A DNA stretch of 64,000 bases, taken from assembly GCA_030265395.1 (NCBI GenBank), contig JARFYF010000046.1:14870082-14934081 (forward strand). Direction: 5' to 3'. Shown piece after piece: positions 1 to 12,258 of this stretch. Positions within the stretch are counted from its first letter, which is position 1, and every line of letters starts with the position of its first letter. The notes below the pieces were generated by a model. It was not told the DNA's origin, did not search any database, and saw only the letters and a list, made by a program, of their open reading frames with translations. The position numbers were made by a program, and so were the translations under genes. The DNA is from Rhina ancylostomus (taxonomy: Eukaryota).

Positions 1-366
1 TTCAGTTTATCAGGGCAATCTATTATTTGATGGATCCAAACCTAAATGTACCCATTAATACAGGTGACCACTGGTCAATTGATTTGGAATGAACGAATAA
101 ATCCAATCTGAAATTGATAGGGAGAACACAAGAAAAAAGCTGAAGCCCTGACTCTTCATCCATATAATCCAACCTACAACACATACTAACTGACAAGAAA
201 CTTCAGCACACTTACAACTAGTGCAGTCATTTAATTAAAAAACAGAAGAACAATTATAATGCACTCAAAAAAGTCCCTGGAATATCACATAAACCTCATA
301 AGCATTAACATTCAGGGTTCTAGTCAGATGTTAAAATCTTTTTCCACTTAAATCACTGAGATAGAA

Positions 367-411
367 GGTTTCCAAAGCTGTGGTTTTCAAAGTTGTTGTT
401 TTCAAAGCTGT
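367..411. repeat. Short tandem repeat, 3 x 15 bp
   Basis: ggtttccaaagctgt / ggttttcaaagttgt / tgttttcaaagctgt, read directly. Confidence 0.8.
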
Positions 412-611
412 GAATTATTGCATTCCTACATTTATTACTCTAAAAAGATCTGAAATTTATATGCATCTAAGAAAACTTTTCTAAAGAAACAAATGAAGCA
501 GCTTGTCATTATATTCTTATTGATGATTACATTAGAAAAGGAAGAGGTCAGCCCTTTCATTAGTCAGTCTGTCTGGCACCAGTAGCAAACATTGCCAAGT
601 GAAATTTGTGA

Positions 612-628
612 GAGCCCCCTGCTGTTAG
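612..628 (-). promoter_or_regulatory. Possible CTCF-like motif
   Basis: Minus strand CTAACAGCAGGGGGCTC resembles the CTCF core CCASYAGRKGGCRS with mismatches; motif match only. Confidence 0.3.
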
Positions 629-1232
629 AGGCAGGCAGAGACTAAAACGATCTGCTTCTAACAGAGATGTGACATTCTTAGTGAGGCACAGGCCAAACAC
701 AAAACAATGAAAAGGTTACAAGTTCTAACCTACCTTTCCACCTGAACTTGAGATTAACATTCTGCATTTCTCTTCAGTCAAAGACACAGCCATGCAAAAA
801 CAGGAGACTTTATTTTGTTAATTAGGAATAACTACAAAGTGTCACAGCAAAATTGGGACCCAATGCTTGGGACATTGTTTTTTTTGAAGTTTGTCCAGTG
901 TGTTGTGTGTGACCAGAGATAATGAATGATCTTTTGTCCATGAAAGGAAGATAAAGTGAGAGCATTGATAAGGCCTGAGTAATAAGCTTGCCTCGTGCAG
1001 TGAGCAGGATCCACTAGAATGGTCATTCACTAATTCTTCTGTGAATGGCTGGAGCCACTGTCACCTTCAATTAGGGATTGAAGGATCCCTAATAAGGGAT
1101 TGAAAAAATCATTGCCATTTCATTTCTTAGCACTGCTTCCCTTTGGACTGAGACTGTACCAGTGCCTTTCTTTGCTACACCAAAGCATCACCATCATTTG
1201 TCACTTAGTGGTATTGTTGGTCACCTTATCTG

Positions 1233-1246
1233 GTTGCCATGGAAAC
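1233..1246. promoter_or_regulatory. RFX X-box motif
   Basis: GTTGCCATGGAAAC, one mismatch from the canonical palindrome GTTGCCATGGCAAC, in repeat-free sequence; function not shown. Confidence 0.45.
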
Positions 1247-3399
1247 ATGGGTATTTATAATTTACAAGTTCTGACTAAGTACAGTGATACACAGACCAAA
1301 GAAGTTTGTTTTACATTTTCCCCCAATAAGATCAGTCGTATTACACAATAAGCTTTAATCACTCCGTCTCAACATATATCCCGTTATAAGAGCCACATTT
1401 TTAAGTATTGAACTACATTTAAAAAATTTGAAAGTTTTATTACTAGTGAGATTAAATGTTAAACAGCAAAATCTCACTTGAAAAATAAATGAGCATCATA
1501 GAGACACATATCAGAGCCTGGTTTGGATACATTGTTGGGTTTGGGAAGGCAATTCACATTTTGGGTATTCACAAGTGGACAAGTTCCAATAGGAAGATGA
1601 ATAATTAAAAATGTACAAAAAAAGAACATTGAATAACTTACTTTCTTGGTCTTTATGGGACTGAGGCTCTGCAACTGATTTCAGAAGGAAAGTTCAACCT
1701 GAAACTTGTCCTAGTGGAAAAGGTACAGCAAAAAAACCCCTCAACACACATAGTAGTAAATAAATTTGTCTCAGTGAGTTTCCTCACTCTGCTGAGCCAC
1801 AGTGGTTTCTGTGCAGCCATATTTAAAATGGATGCATCTGCAATGTCAATGTTTCCCCAAGAACAACATGTGAAGAAAAATAGAACACCAGAACTAAGTC
1901 ACTATTTGTTTCTAAATCCCTACTCACAGACACACATTGACTATAACATCCTTCCTTTGAAAAGTTCACTTCTTTTCCCCAGCTTGCTCTCATGCAAGTA
2001 GATACAAGAGATTTGCTAATTGATACATACCACCTGAACACAATAACTGGTAAATTGATATAAACTAGGTGAATAAAACTAACAGATTCAGTTCTTTTTA
2101 AAACAAAAGACAAACTTTAAATACAGAGAATACAAATACAATTTCAAAAAATTAAAGACTTCTTTGCAATTAACAAGTGGCACACCTTATTGGTGTTCAA
2201 CTAATAATAGAAATAACAAAAACAATTGAAATTCTTAATTAATTTTCTTTCAACCAACGAGCACATTTAAGTAGTAATTTCATCTCTCAGTGAAGGTAGC
2301 ACCCATATTTACACACACACCAGTGTTATTCATCTAAACATTAAAAATAATCATATAAATACAAACAGAACAGTACTGATTCATACAGTCAAAGACTGCA
2401 TTGTAGACAAATAACAAAATTTTCAGAACATGTTATACCAACTATGTTCGTTATCCATTTTAGCGGTGAAAGAACTCATCTGTGCTCTGGAAAGTCAGCC
2501 CAGTGCTTTGAATAACATCATGGTTTCTCACATTTACTGATTTACTAGATAAATTAAGGCAGGATGATGTAAAAAATCATTACTTAGGAGCTGAGGAAAT
2601 AAAATTTGTTTGGATCTCTGAATCTGCTTTATTGGTTGGCACCTGGTTCACTTTCAGTTTTGTTACTAGTTTTATCTTTCTGTGATCAGAAATATACATA
2701 CATATGTTAACTCAGCAAGCTCAGAGTTCCAGCCTGCTAAATCATGGAGCGATGAGAGCTTCAGGCTTCTGGTTCCAACTTCTCATCATCAGGTTTGGTT
2801 TGGCGAGGAAAAAGGCCTTGAATGTGGATTAAGGCCTTTCCCTCTGGGACAAAAGATGAGGCATTCCTGGGCTCTCTCAATCACAAGTGACCTGCTACCA
2901 GTGGATGGAACCAAGCTTCCACCTCATAGCCAGAACATATGTGGAAACTGAAGTTGTCAGAACGAAAAAGGAACAAGGAAAAATACACAAAAAATAAAAT
3001 GGTAAACCAAAAGCATTTTAAAGAGTGTAAATTGTTTCAAGGAGAAAATATGTTCTGAAAATAATGTGCTGATTTTAATGATGAACACAGCTAATAAAAC
3101 TATTATCAGTATTGGCAGAAAACAACAGAGATTGAAGTTCATGGATTCTTGAATGTATTAAAAAATGGAGAGGTGGGTTTTTAAAGAATTAAATTGGCAT
3201 TTATTGCAGGAGTTTCAATCTGCTCCGAGTACTGTTCTTGGCAAAAGTTGAAGAGTGAAACCGGCCTTTGGATGGAAGCAGGGTGGGTGAGAAAAACAGG
3301 AGGAAAGCAACATAAAGAAAATAGTGTTCTCTCCTCTTTGGTTTACTTTTCTCCAATCATGAGGGTTGAGACATGCAAGTGTGGTGCTCCATAACATGT

Positions 3400-3590
3400 G
3401 CAGCTCACCCACTCATTACCGCCACTCCTCTTGTATAAGCCTTGACAGAACTAGCAGGATATTTGTCTGGGAAGTGAGTAAGGAAGGGAGGGATGCTCAG
3501 TCACACCTGATTTCACCTTGTCCCCTTTCCACCCGTACATTGCAAAGCAATCCAGACTTATTTTCTCCTGCAAACCCAGGACCAAATCTG
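3400..3590 (-). mobile_element. Highly decayed ancient SINE fragment (tentative)
   Basis: Segments tgtataagccttgacag...agcaggatatttg...cacctgattt...ttttctcctgcaaacccagg resemble an old shark SINE body; weak similarity judged by eye. Confidence 0.3.
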
Positions 3591-3674
3591 TAAAGTAATG
3601 AGAAAATAATATACAACTGAACAATGTTAAAATGAGACAATTGTGAAAACCTCTGAGCATTAGAAATTAAAAGT

Positions 3675-3805
3675 AAGAACAAGAATGTTGCTGCCAATAT
3701 CCAAAAGATCAGATGGCATCTATGGAGGGAGAAGCAAAGTTAACACTTGGACCTTTAATTAAGGTCATCAGCCTGAAACCTTAGGGTTGTTATCCTGCTG
3801 CAATT
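3675..3805. mobile_element. Decayed Penelope-terminus fold-back element
   Basis: aatgttgctg...cagatggcatctatggagggagaagcaaagttaacact...aaggtcatcagcctgaaac; same motifs as 18480-18692. Confidence 0.55.
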
Positions 3806-5811
3806 TTTTTCCCCACTCAGCAGACCAGTAGCCACAGATTTGGCAGGGTGGTATTGAAATCTAGCAAGTCCCCACCCCAGGCTGACTGGCTGTCAAAGCT
3901 TTTCACTGTTATGAAAGCTTGTGACATCCATAAACATTCAAATTACCCAGGACCTCTTGAAAATAAATAAGGTTAAAAAATTAAAACTATTTGAAATAAA
4001 TTAAAAGATAAAAGTAAATGGCCTTCATTGGCAGTGAGGATTAAGGATGTCTAGCTTCCAATATGGGTTTTTGTGTATTATGAGACAGCTAATGAGGCCA
4101 CTATAGGAACCACAGACTCTTACACTCATGCAGCAGGTAGGCTGGTAGGTTGTGAGATGGTGCACTCCTTCTGCCACCTTCCGCCACATAGAGTGCTTTG
4201 TGTGCATCCAAGGAATGGACTTGAAGTTCTCATTACAATCCTGAACACTGCTTCATACAAACACATACTCATGCATACACACATGCATGCACAAACAATT
4301 AAAAACATTAACTTAAATTAATTAAATTAAATGCTGTATTTAACTTTCCTAGATGCTGATTTCTCCCATTTTTTTCAATGGGCCCACCGTATTCATGTGT
4401 GAATTTCCCAACATGGGATTTGGCCATTGGGCTGGGAGAGTTCCTGTCGTGCCCTGGGACTCACTGATGAGTTGGATGTCAGCTCTCAGTAGAAGACTGT
4501 GCCCTGGACCACAATGGAAGAAACAATGAAGACTAGAGTGCAGGACAGCAGAAGGTCTACATGATTGTTCCTTTNNNNNNNNNNNNNNNNNNNNNNNNNN
4601 NNNNNNNNNNNNNNNNNNNNNNNNNNNNNNNNNNNNNNNNNNNNNNNNNNNNNNNNNNNNNNNNNNNNNNNNNNGTTCCTTTTCAAAGCTGCAGCCCAGT
4701 CAGCTATGTATTACTAACATTTTCTGTTTCATTTTCCCAGTCTGTCTGCCTCGATAACTGCAGGGAGGGGAAGGGATGGTAAAATGGGTTATTGGCAAGG
4801 AGAAGCAAAGCCTTAAATAATCATCAATAATAAGAAGCAGCATGTATTTTGGAGGTGATGGACATACACACATACATTCAGCCCCCACCAACTTAATTAT
4901 GGTACTAGCCCCTACTCAGTACTACCCAGCCAGAGCATCACTTACTGATGACAGCAAAACAAATTCAATTGTCCTTTTGAAATTCTTTATTGTGGTATTA
5001 TAATTCCTGCTGAAAATCTTCAAGGCTTCAATGCAAATCTAAAGCTATCATTCATCTAAGCTTGCATTATATTTCAATGCAAAAGGTATTTTAATTTGTA
5101 TTTTGCATTAATCAAATAAATAAGCTTCCTTTCCAATATTGTAATTGAATGCCTTGACTTGGGAAAGATCACTTTCTTTTATGTTCAACAATATTGTCTT
5201 AGGAAATTGAATACCATTTTCTAGGTAAGGACTGTCCCAAATGAAAGATTCAAGATGTAACTGGATAAATTGTTTAGCATAAACAATAATTTTATACCGC
5301 ACTTTTGCCCAGCACAAATCAAGTTGAAATTACCCAGATTAAATTATGAGTCAGCTGGGAGAGACTTCCAGCTGGCCGGGCCTCTGCATGTGCACTAGTC
5401 CAGTGTATCATCTTGTCATTTTATTAAAGCTCAATTTCTATATTTTATGGGTTCTGATTATTATAATTCACTTGTTCTTTGTCTATAATAAATCCCTATT
5501 GCATTTTAATTACTGATTAGTTAATTAAGGATAGCTTTAAGTTACCAGCTGAGGGTAAAGCAGCATGATTTGTGAACAACAGAATACATCCAATTTTGAC
5601 AAATAAGCTATTTTCTTTTATTCTTAAAGCTTATTCTAATATCCACAACATATGTATGCACCGTTAGATGAGTCTGCTCTTCTTTACAGTCACTAAAAAT
5701 AGATTCCAGCAGCAACTTTGAAAATTACTGATTCATTCTGTACAAGACACGTGCCAATAATATTGTTTACATAAGAATTAGACTGCATTTGTTTTGAAGC
5801 TGGAGATGTAG

Positions 5812-6166
5812 AGTCATAAGAGACATACAGCATGATAACAGGTCCCTCAGCTCATCAAGTCCCTGTCAACCAGTCAAGCACCCATTACCACTAATCTTAC
5901 ACCAAGTCCATGTTTATTCTCCCTACATTCCCATCAACTTCCCCCAGATTCAACCACTCACCTACACACCAAGCATAATTTATAATGGTCAATTAACTTT
6001 CCAACCTACATATCTTTGGGATGTGAGAGGAAATGAGAGCATCCAGAGGAAACCCATGAAGTCACAGGGAACACATGCGAAGTCACAAAGACTACACCGC
6101 AGGGAAGGACTAAATCCAGTTTACTGGAGGTGAGAGGTAACAACTTTATTAGCTGCACCTCTGTGC
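5812..6166 (-). mobile_element. HE1-like V-SINE (tRNA head, V domain, CR1-derived tail)
   Basis: V-domain reverse complement tctttgggatgtgagaggaaa...ccagaggaaacccatgaagtcacaggga; tail catacagcatgataacaggtccctcagc; tRNA-like head at the right end. Confidence 0.8.
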
Positions 6167-8052
6167 ATCAGCAGTACCTTGAAAGCATGGGAACACTTGA
6201 TATTTTACCATTAATATTTTACCTGAAGTATTTTGCTTTTCCTCCACAAACTAATGGTACCAAAAGAAACCAGTTGTGATTCCTTCCCAAGCCCCATGTT
6301 TTCCAGATTTATACTCCTTGCTTAAAATAAACAGTACCTGCTTCTCCTCAATTTAAAAAGAAGCACTGAATATTGGTAAAGGACATTTTGATCCCGAAGG
6401 AGAGATAGCAATGAAAGTAACTGACATATCCCTCAAGAACATCTATGAAAACTAACAGCAGACCAAATAAATAAAAAGAACACATCTTTCATATCTGCAA
6501 CATTACAGGGGCAAACCTACTTCAGTGAAAATGAATCCAGCCACTTCACATGGCCCCTAAAAATTGTTTACATATTTTAATCAATGGTATTATTTTATTT
6601 TGATTTTTATCTGAAATTCTATGACCTTTTTGTTTTGATCCCCATTAATAACCGACCAATAAAACAAAGCAGCAGGACTAAAGTTGCATACTGAAATATA
6701 ACTCAACAGTAGTTTAATTGGAATTTAGATCATAGTAATTTTTAAGCAGTGATTTCAGCTTTACCATATTTCTGATAATATCAACATACAATTGAAAATT
6801 CCGCATCCAACATTTTTTGAAGAATAAAATATCTAAATGCATCAGAGCAGATTACACATTCTGCAGTTATGTGCTCAAGATGAAACATCTACACTAGGAG
6901 ATCCTATTTCGGAATATATGTGCCTGCAATCTGTCAGTTTTTTTCAGGCATATTTAAACGGGGCAATTGTAGTTAATAAGTTTCTTTTACTATTTATAGT
7001 CACTTCAGTAAAAACAAATTTTGAGGGAAAAGTAGCTTTAATTATCCTCAGGTGCAATTTTGCTTCACATCACTAGTAACCTCTCAGATCAAAGCTTTTG
7101 CAAAACATATTGTCAGCAAATCCTTGCCAGAATTCTCAGATTCAGAGAAAAATCTGTTACAGTTCATTGCACTTCAGAGCAAATCCTATAGCTCAATCTT
7201 TCTGTAAAGCATCTAAAAATAATATACCTTTAGAACAGGAATGTTTCAGATGTCCATTTTTTAATATTGCTCTATTCCCATTCCCAAGAGTGCAATAAAA
7301 TCTAACAGTGCAACAACATTTAATAGTTTTCATTTCTCTGGAGGTGTCTTTAAAGCTAATGGTCTAAATTTCAAAATTGGTGCTTGGGCACATTTTGGCA
7401 TATTGAGGTGAAGCAACACAATAAAATATAAGTTGTCCATTTACTCTTCATAAATAAAAACATTTAAAAATGAGCATACAACTTTAGACCTGTTGCTGAT
7501 TAAATTACCTCTAAACTTTTACAAACCCTGTCTAAAAGACTGAAGAAGTGTAACATCAAAGGTGATCAGTAGATTCTTTCTGCAATTTGGAGAGGACTTG
7601 TGTTTGTCTTATCTTTTCCAGCATCACCACTCTTTAACTGAAGGGTTGATTCTCTTCTCTGGGATAGGATGATGCTTATTGTGGTTAAGCAGTGGCCCTC
7701 CCCAGGAAATGAAGCATAGAATATGACCTAGTACCCAGATGTGGTGCTGCGAGAATCAGCCCCGCATTGTCAGTGGAGCCATCTTTTACAGGGTTAGCTC
7801 TGGAATATTTTGCCGTTGTTCTTTTTTATCTAATGGCAGCTTATGAAATGATACATTTCTATAATATTTGCCTGGATAAGTTTGAATGCAAGATAAATTT
7901 CTTATATACTCCATAAGAGATAATGCATAACAGTGCAAATCATTTCAGTACCAAATTATTAAGTTTTAATGTTCAATTAAGGAGAATTACATTGTAAGAG
8001 TCAGCTTAGGAATTGCAAGAGCAACACAATACCAGAAAGCCTGAGGAAATGT

Positions 8053-8270
8053 AGATGGATGTAAAATATTATAAGGCACTATTTCAAAGGAGAGGGTCCT
8101 GGTCAATATTTCTAGGCAAGATCATAAACTACAGATGATCTGCAGATTATTTCACTGCAGTTTTGGGGACTTCTAGTGTGCAATTTGACTGTCATATTCC
8201 CTACACTGCAATAGTTATAAGTATTTTATTGGCTGCAACATTTTGGGATGCCTTGGAAACCTTTATATAT
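8053..8270 (+). mobile_element. Deu-domain SINE fragment (SacSINE1/AmnSINE1-like)
   Basis: gatggatgtaaaa...ggcactatttcaaagga...gtcctggtcaatattt...cagatgatctg...ttttggggacttctagtgtgcaatttgactgtcatattccctacactgcaatagt...attggctgcaacattttgggatg follows the Deu domain and L2-type tail order. Confidence 0.65.
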
Positions 8271-9134
8271 TCCATGATTATGTGCTAGAAATAGGTTAGC
8301 AGTTTTATCACGTCATGCATACAAATATTAACTTTGCACTTGTCCAAATGTAATTGCCTAGAACTTCCTCAGTCCCTGCAGAGACTTATCAACTGGTTAA
8401 CATGGGGAGCATTTTTATTGGCTCATTGTTTGGAAAATACATGCAAGATGTAGCATTGCACTGCATGTGATGGATATCAGGTAATTCTGAGTCAGGGTTT
8501 AGATTGGGGAGATCCCAGGATGAGGGAAGATCATGGATCAGGAAGGGATCATGTTAGTTAATTGGTGGGTGGGGAGAGGGTTGCTCATTTCAGGTTATTC
8601 GTGCAAGGAAGGGGTTGTGGGCCAGCTGACTAATGATAGATGGAATCAGAGGAGGTAGTAAATTTGGAGGGAGATGAGTGTTGGGGTGGGTTCCTGAGCA
8701 AGAGTCTCTCTGTATACGTTAATAAAAACACTTACCCATGTCTGGTTCCAAGTAGCAGGTTTGGATCTGTTCTTTGAGATCCCCTTAAATCACACAAATG
8801 CAGAGCAAGCAGACTTATGAAAACTTGGATTGTGTGCAACCAAAAACAGGTACATTTTTGATTAACGTGACCTAATTTCTCCTGGAAATGCTCTAAATGA
8901 GTGACAAACTGGGAATGATATCCTGATGTCTACATTTACAACAAAAACTGTATTTCAGCCTGGAAATCTGCAATATTGTGTTGTACTTTGGGAAACATAC
9001 AATTTCATACACTGAATATGACCCAATTTCAAGGCAAAAAAATTAATTTTTTATGATTAAATCTGAGATCCACCTTAGAGTTTTGTCATATCAATACACA
9101 TAAACTTAAACATATTAAATAAAAACATAAATAA

Positions 9135-9222
9135 AAACAATCTACTGGAGGAACGCAGATCGAGCAGCATCTGTGGGAGAAGAAGAATTATCAACGTTTT
9201 GGGCTGAAACCCTTCATCTGTT
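9135..9222 (-). mobile_element. Penelope terminal-repeat fragment with decayed hammerhead core
   Basis: ctggaggaacgcagatcgagcagcatctgtgggagaagaagaattatcaacgttttgggctgaaacccttcatctg; minus strand reads CAGATGAagggtttcagcccAAAACgttga. Confidence 0.7.
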
Positions 9223-9889
9223 ATCCTAGATCTGTCAGCTGAGCTCAGAGAAGCCAGCCATGAATGTTATTCCACAAATTGTGAGATATTACCAAAATGA
9301 ACATTAACTTGTCCATCCTACACTGTCCATTTTAATGGTTTTGAAATAACATATCCCTGCATAATTAATATGAACATCTAAAAATAAAATNNNNNNNNGT
9401 TGATCTCTTAACTTATCTTGCTGCATTAAGAGTAGATTATTGAGCTGTTGGAACTTTAGGGAAGGTATAAATGAATGCCAGTCCAAATGTATCCTAATGC
9501 TGGCCAATTATAAACAAGCATTGGAACTAAATTGCACAGACTTATTTAAACTCAGTGGCAACAGTTTAAAAATCTCAAAGAGGCACACCAGCAAAAATTC
9601 AGAGAGTTTTAAAAAGTTTAATTCAGAGAATTAAAAAAATTGTCATACCAGAACTGACTTTATTCATTTTAATAAATGCACTAACAGTCAAATTTTACCA
9701 TCTCCAGAACTTTATATCTTGGCATTTACTTTCTTTCTTTAGATAGCATAAAATGAAATAAATCATATGAATGGTTTTAATTATTCATTTAGACATCTAA
9801 ATTAAGTTGCTAAGTTTTTGCTAATGCTTCTGTAACACAAAGATTCTTTTGATAATGAACGGGACTTAGACTGGAGCATTATTTTAGTT

Positions 9890-10160
9890 CCTCATTCATG
9901 AGATGTAGACAAAACCAGCATTTATTGTCTATCCCTTATTGCCCCTGAACTATGGAGTCAGATAAGAATCAACCACATGGGCAGGTCTGGAGTCACACCT
10001 AGGCCAGGCAAAGTAAGGGCGACAGACTTCCTTCCCTGAAGACCATGGTGAACCTGATGGGTTTTTACAACGATCTAGTAGCTCCATAGTTACAGTTACT
10101 GTGACTAACTTTAATTCAAGATCAGGGACATGAACTGGAATTTTAATTTGTCAGCTTTTG
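9890..10160 (-). mobile_element. Chondrichthyan SINE with LINE-derived 3' tail
   Basis: cattcatgagatgtagac...ccagcatttattgtctatccc...aagaatcaaccacat...gtctggagtcacacctaggccag...ttccttccctgaagacc...gatgggtttttacaacgatc; tail shared with the LINE ends at 11.7-11.97 kb and 18.03 kb. Confidence 0.65.
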
Positions 10161-10252
10161 AAGTGTAATGTCATATGGAAAAGTTGTGTGTCCACAACCT
10201 ATGCATGTTTTTAGAAGGTTATTTGGGAGACATATGCCCCAGTTGAGCCCCA

Positions 10253-11072
10253 CTTAAGATTTCTTTATTTGTCACGTACATCAAAACACACAGTGAAATG
10301 CATCTTTTGCGTAGAATGTTCTGGGGGCAGCCCACAAGTGTCGCCACGCTTCCGGTGCCANNNNNNNNNNNNNNNNNNNNNNNNNNNNNNNNNNNNNNNN
10401 NNNNNNNNNNNNNNNNNNNNNNNNNNNNNNNNNNNNNNNNNNNNNNNNNNNNNNNNNNNNNNNNNNNNNNNNNNNNNNNNNNNNNNNNNNNNNNNNNNNN
10501 NNNNNNNNNNNNNNNNNNNNNNNNNNNNNNNNNNNNNNNNNNNNNNNNNNNNNNNNNNNNNNNNNNNNNNNNNNNNNNNNNNNNNNNNNNNNNNNNNNNN
10601 NNNNNNNNNNNNNNNNNNNNNNNNNNNNNNNNNNNNNNNNNNNNNNNNNNNNNNNNNNNNNNNNNNNNNNNNNNNNNNNNNNNNNNNNNNNNNNNNNNNN
10701 NNNNNNNNNNNNNNNNNNNNNNNNNNNNNNNNNNNNNNNNNNNNNNNNNNNNNNNNNNNNNNNNNNNNNNNNNNNNNNNNNNNNNNNNNNNNNNNNNNNN
10801 NNNNNNNNNNNNNNNNNNNNNNNNNNNNNNNNNNNNNNNNNNNNNNNNNNNNNNNNNNNNNNNNNNNNNNNNNNNNNNNNNNNNNNNNNNNNNNNNNNTA
10901 CATCGAAACACACAGTGAAATGCATCTTTTGCGTAGAATGTTCTGGGGGCAGCCCACAAGTGTCGCCACGCTTCCGGCGCCAACAATAACATGCATACAA
11001 CTTCCTAACCCGTACGTCTTTGGAATGTGGGAAGAAACCGGATCAACCGGAGGACACCCACACAGACATGGG
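10253..11072 (-). mobile_element. V-SINE with Rex1-like 3' tail, 5' part missing, spanning an assembly gap
   Basis: tctttatttgtcacgtacatc tail; V-domain cgtctttggaatgtgggaagaaaccggatcaaccggaggacacccacacagac; an 84-bp segment is repeated on both sides of the N-run. Confidence 0.75.
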
Positions 11073-11680
11073 CTGACAAAGGATTGTGGCTATGAACTTC
11101 TATGTATCTGGTTCCTTCCAGGTTGGAGCTGGAGACGTTTGTATGATATCACAGTTTGTCATCCACAACTGAGTAAAAGCTCTCTCATGTCAGAGAGCCA
11201 AATATATTTTATCCTCACTTCCCAATGGCCAACAGGTAAAAGCAGATCACCTGGGTTCTCTAGGACTGTTGGCTTCTGCATGGTGCAGGGTGTCATTGAA
11301 TACATGTTAACTGGGCATCCTCTTCAGCATCCATTTGGTGTGTGATCATAGGCCGTGAACTATACAAGGCAGTTGGATGCTGATTCCAGTAATAGTACCT
11401 TAGTCCTACAGCAATCATCTGTGCCAGCTGTTTTCAAGCCACCATGGCAAACTAAAGGGTGACCACCAGGTTCAAAACCCATGTGATGATGTGACTGATT
11501 ACTCTGGTGTGTAACCCATAGCATGCACTCGAGGGAAACAACACACAACACCTGATAATGATAACACTCGCAGGAAGAAACAACACTTCAGCTCTCTGGA
11601 CTGCTCTGAAGCATCCTTGGAGTACTCAGACCAATGGGTGTGAAGATTTGTGGGGTTCTGCTATACAATGCACAATCACG
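11072..11680 (+). pseudogene. Fossil PIF/Harbinger DDE transposase (HARBI1-like family)
   Basis: Colinear peptides across stops and frameshifts: VAMNFYVSGSFQVGAGDVCMISQFVIH; GFSRTVGFCMVQGVIE; SIHLVCDHR; LQQSSVPAVFKPPWQTKG; KQHFSSLDCSEASLEYSDQWV*RFVGFCYTMHN. These match the Harbinger motifs F.SGSFQ..GD...ISQ, GFP.VQG.ID, QLVCDH and K.RFRCLD.SGG.LQYS....CC.LHN. Confidence 0.85.
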
Positions 11681-11689
11681 TCACCTACT

Positions 11690-11968
11690 ACAAACATCAA
11701 AAGAGCATCTCTGATTGCACCACCCAAAGCCACCATCTCTATACTTTGGAGGAGAACAGCAACTGATGTTTAGGAGGTTACTACCTGTAGGTCCCCCCAA
11801 AGTCACCCCCTTGAAACTGTCACTGGGTTAAAATGCTGGAATTCCCTTCCCAACTGCACTCTGGGTGCACCTTCACCATAAGTACTTAAAAAAGGCAGCT
11901 TATCAAAGTCACTTAAGGGTGGCCCACAAACTGCCAGCAACAGGCAGAGCCCAGGAATTAATTTAAAA
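11690..11968 (+). mobile_element. 3' fragment of a CR1/L2-group LINE inserted in the Harbinger fossil
   Basis: cactgggttaaaatgctggaattcccttcccaactgcactctgggtgcaccttcacca...aaggcagct..., a typical shark LINE C-terminus (..WNSLPN..) and 3' UTR. Confidence 0.65.
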
Positions 11969-12034
11969 GGAAAGGAGAGAACTTAGATGATCTATTTCTT
12001 CACACTTTGACCAAGGACAGGCTGACTGGATGTG

Positions 12035-12258
12035 TCACATGAAGCCCACTTCACTGTCTGTGACCACTTTAATGAGGTTATTGAACTCCTGAAATAGACA
12101 TCCCCAATCAGCAGATTCCATTGGCTTCTCAGTGTGGGCTGGAAGACTTTCTGTCCCTGCTGATAAAGGATATTTCCTCTCCTTTCCACCTTCTCCTCCA
12201 TGTCCCGCATTGCAGCTTGTGGGAAGACTGGAGTCCACTCTCTCACAAGCTGTGCCAT
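12035..12258 (-). pseudogene. Fossil Harbinger Myb/SANT-like (trihelix) DNA-binding protein, N-terminal part
   Basis: ORF 11992-12258 MAQLVREWTPVFPQAAMRDMEEKVERRGNILYQQGQK...LRSQW, then a frameshift to WGCLFQEFNNLIKVV. Matches the Myb_DNA-bind_5 pattern RAPRFSDAALEALV.EV.RRRDVLY...W...W.QC.KKFNDL.RVV. Confidence 0.75.

Noticed and set aside
3410-3467. Minus-strand exon-like unit with a strong polypyrimidine tract
   Set aside because: Falls within a probable old SINE remnant; peptide unrecognised
8400-8800. GC-richer blocks (also ~3820-4070, 20400-20650, 22540-22960, 35520-35850, 48550-48960, 50960-51240, 56090-56907) as non-autonomous DNA transposons
   Set aside because: They look repeat-like, but I could not define TIRs or TSDs, so they are not called as features
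10219-11345. Long ORFs of 200-358 aa (likewise 51732-52400, 62070-62904 and 29253-29969)
   Set aside because: Their length comes from N-runs translated as X; the real flanks are SINE, LINE or Harbinger sequence
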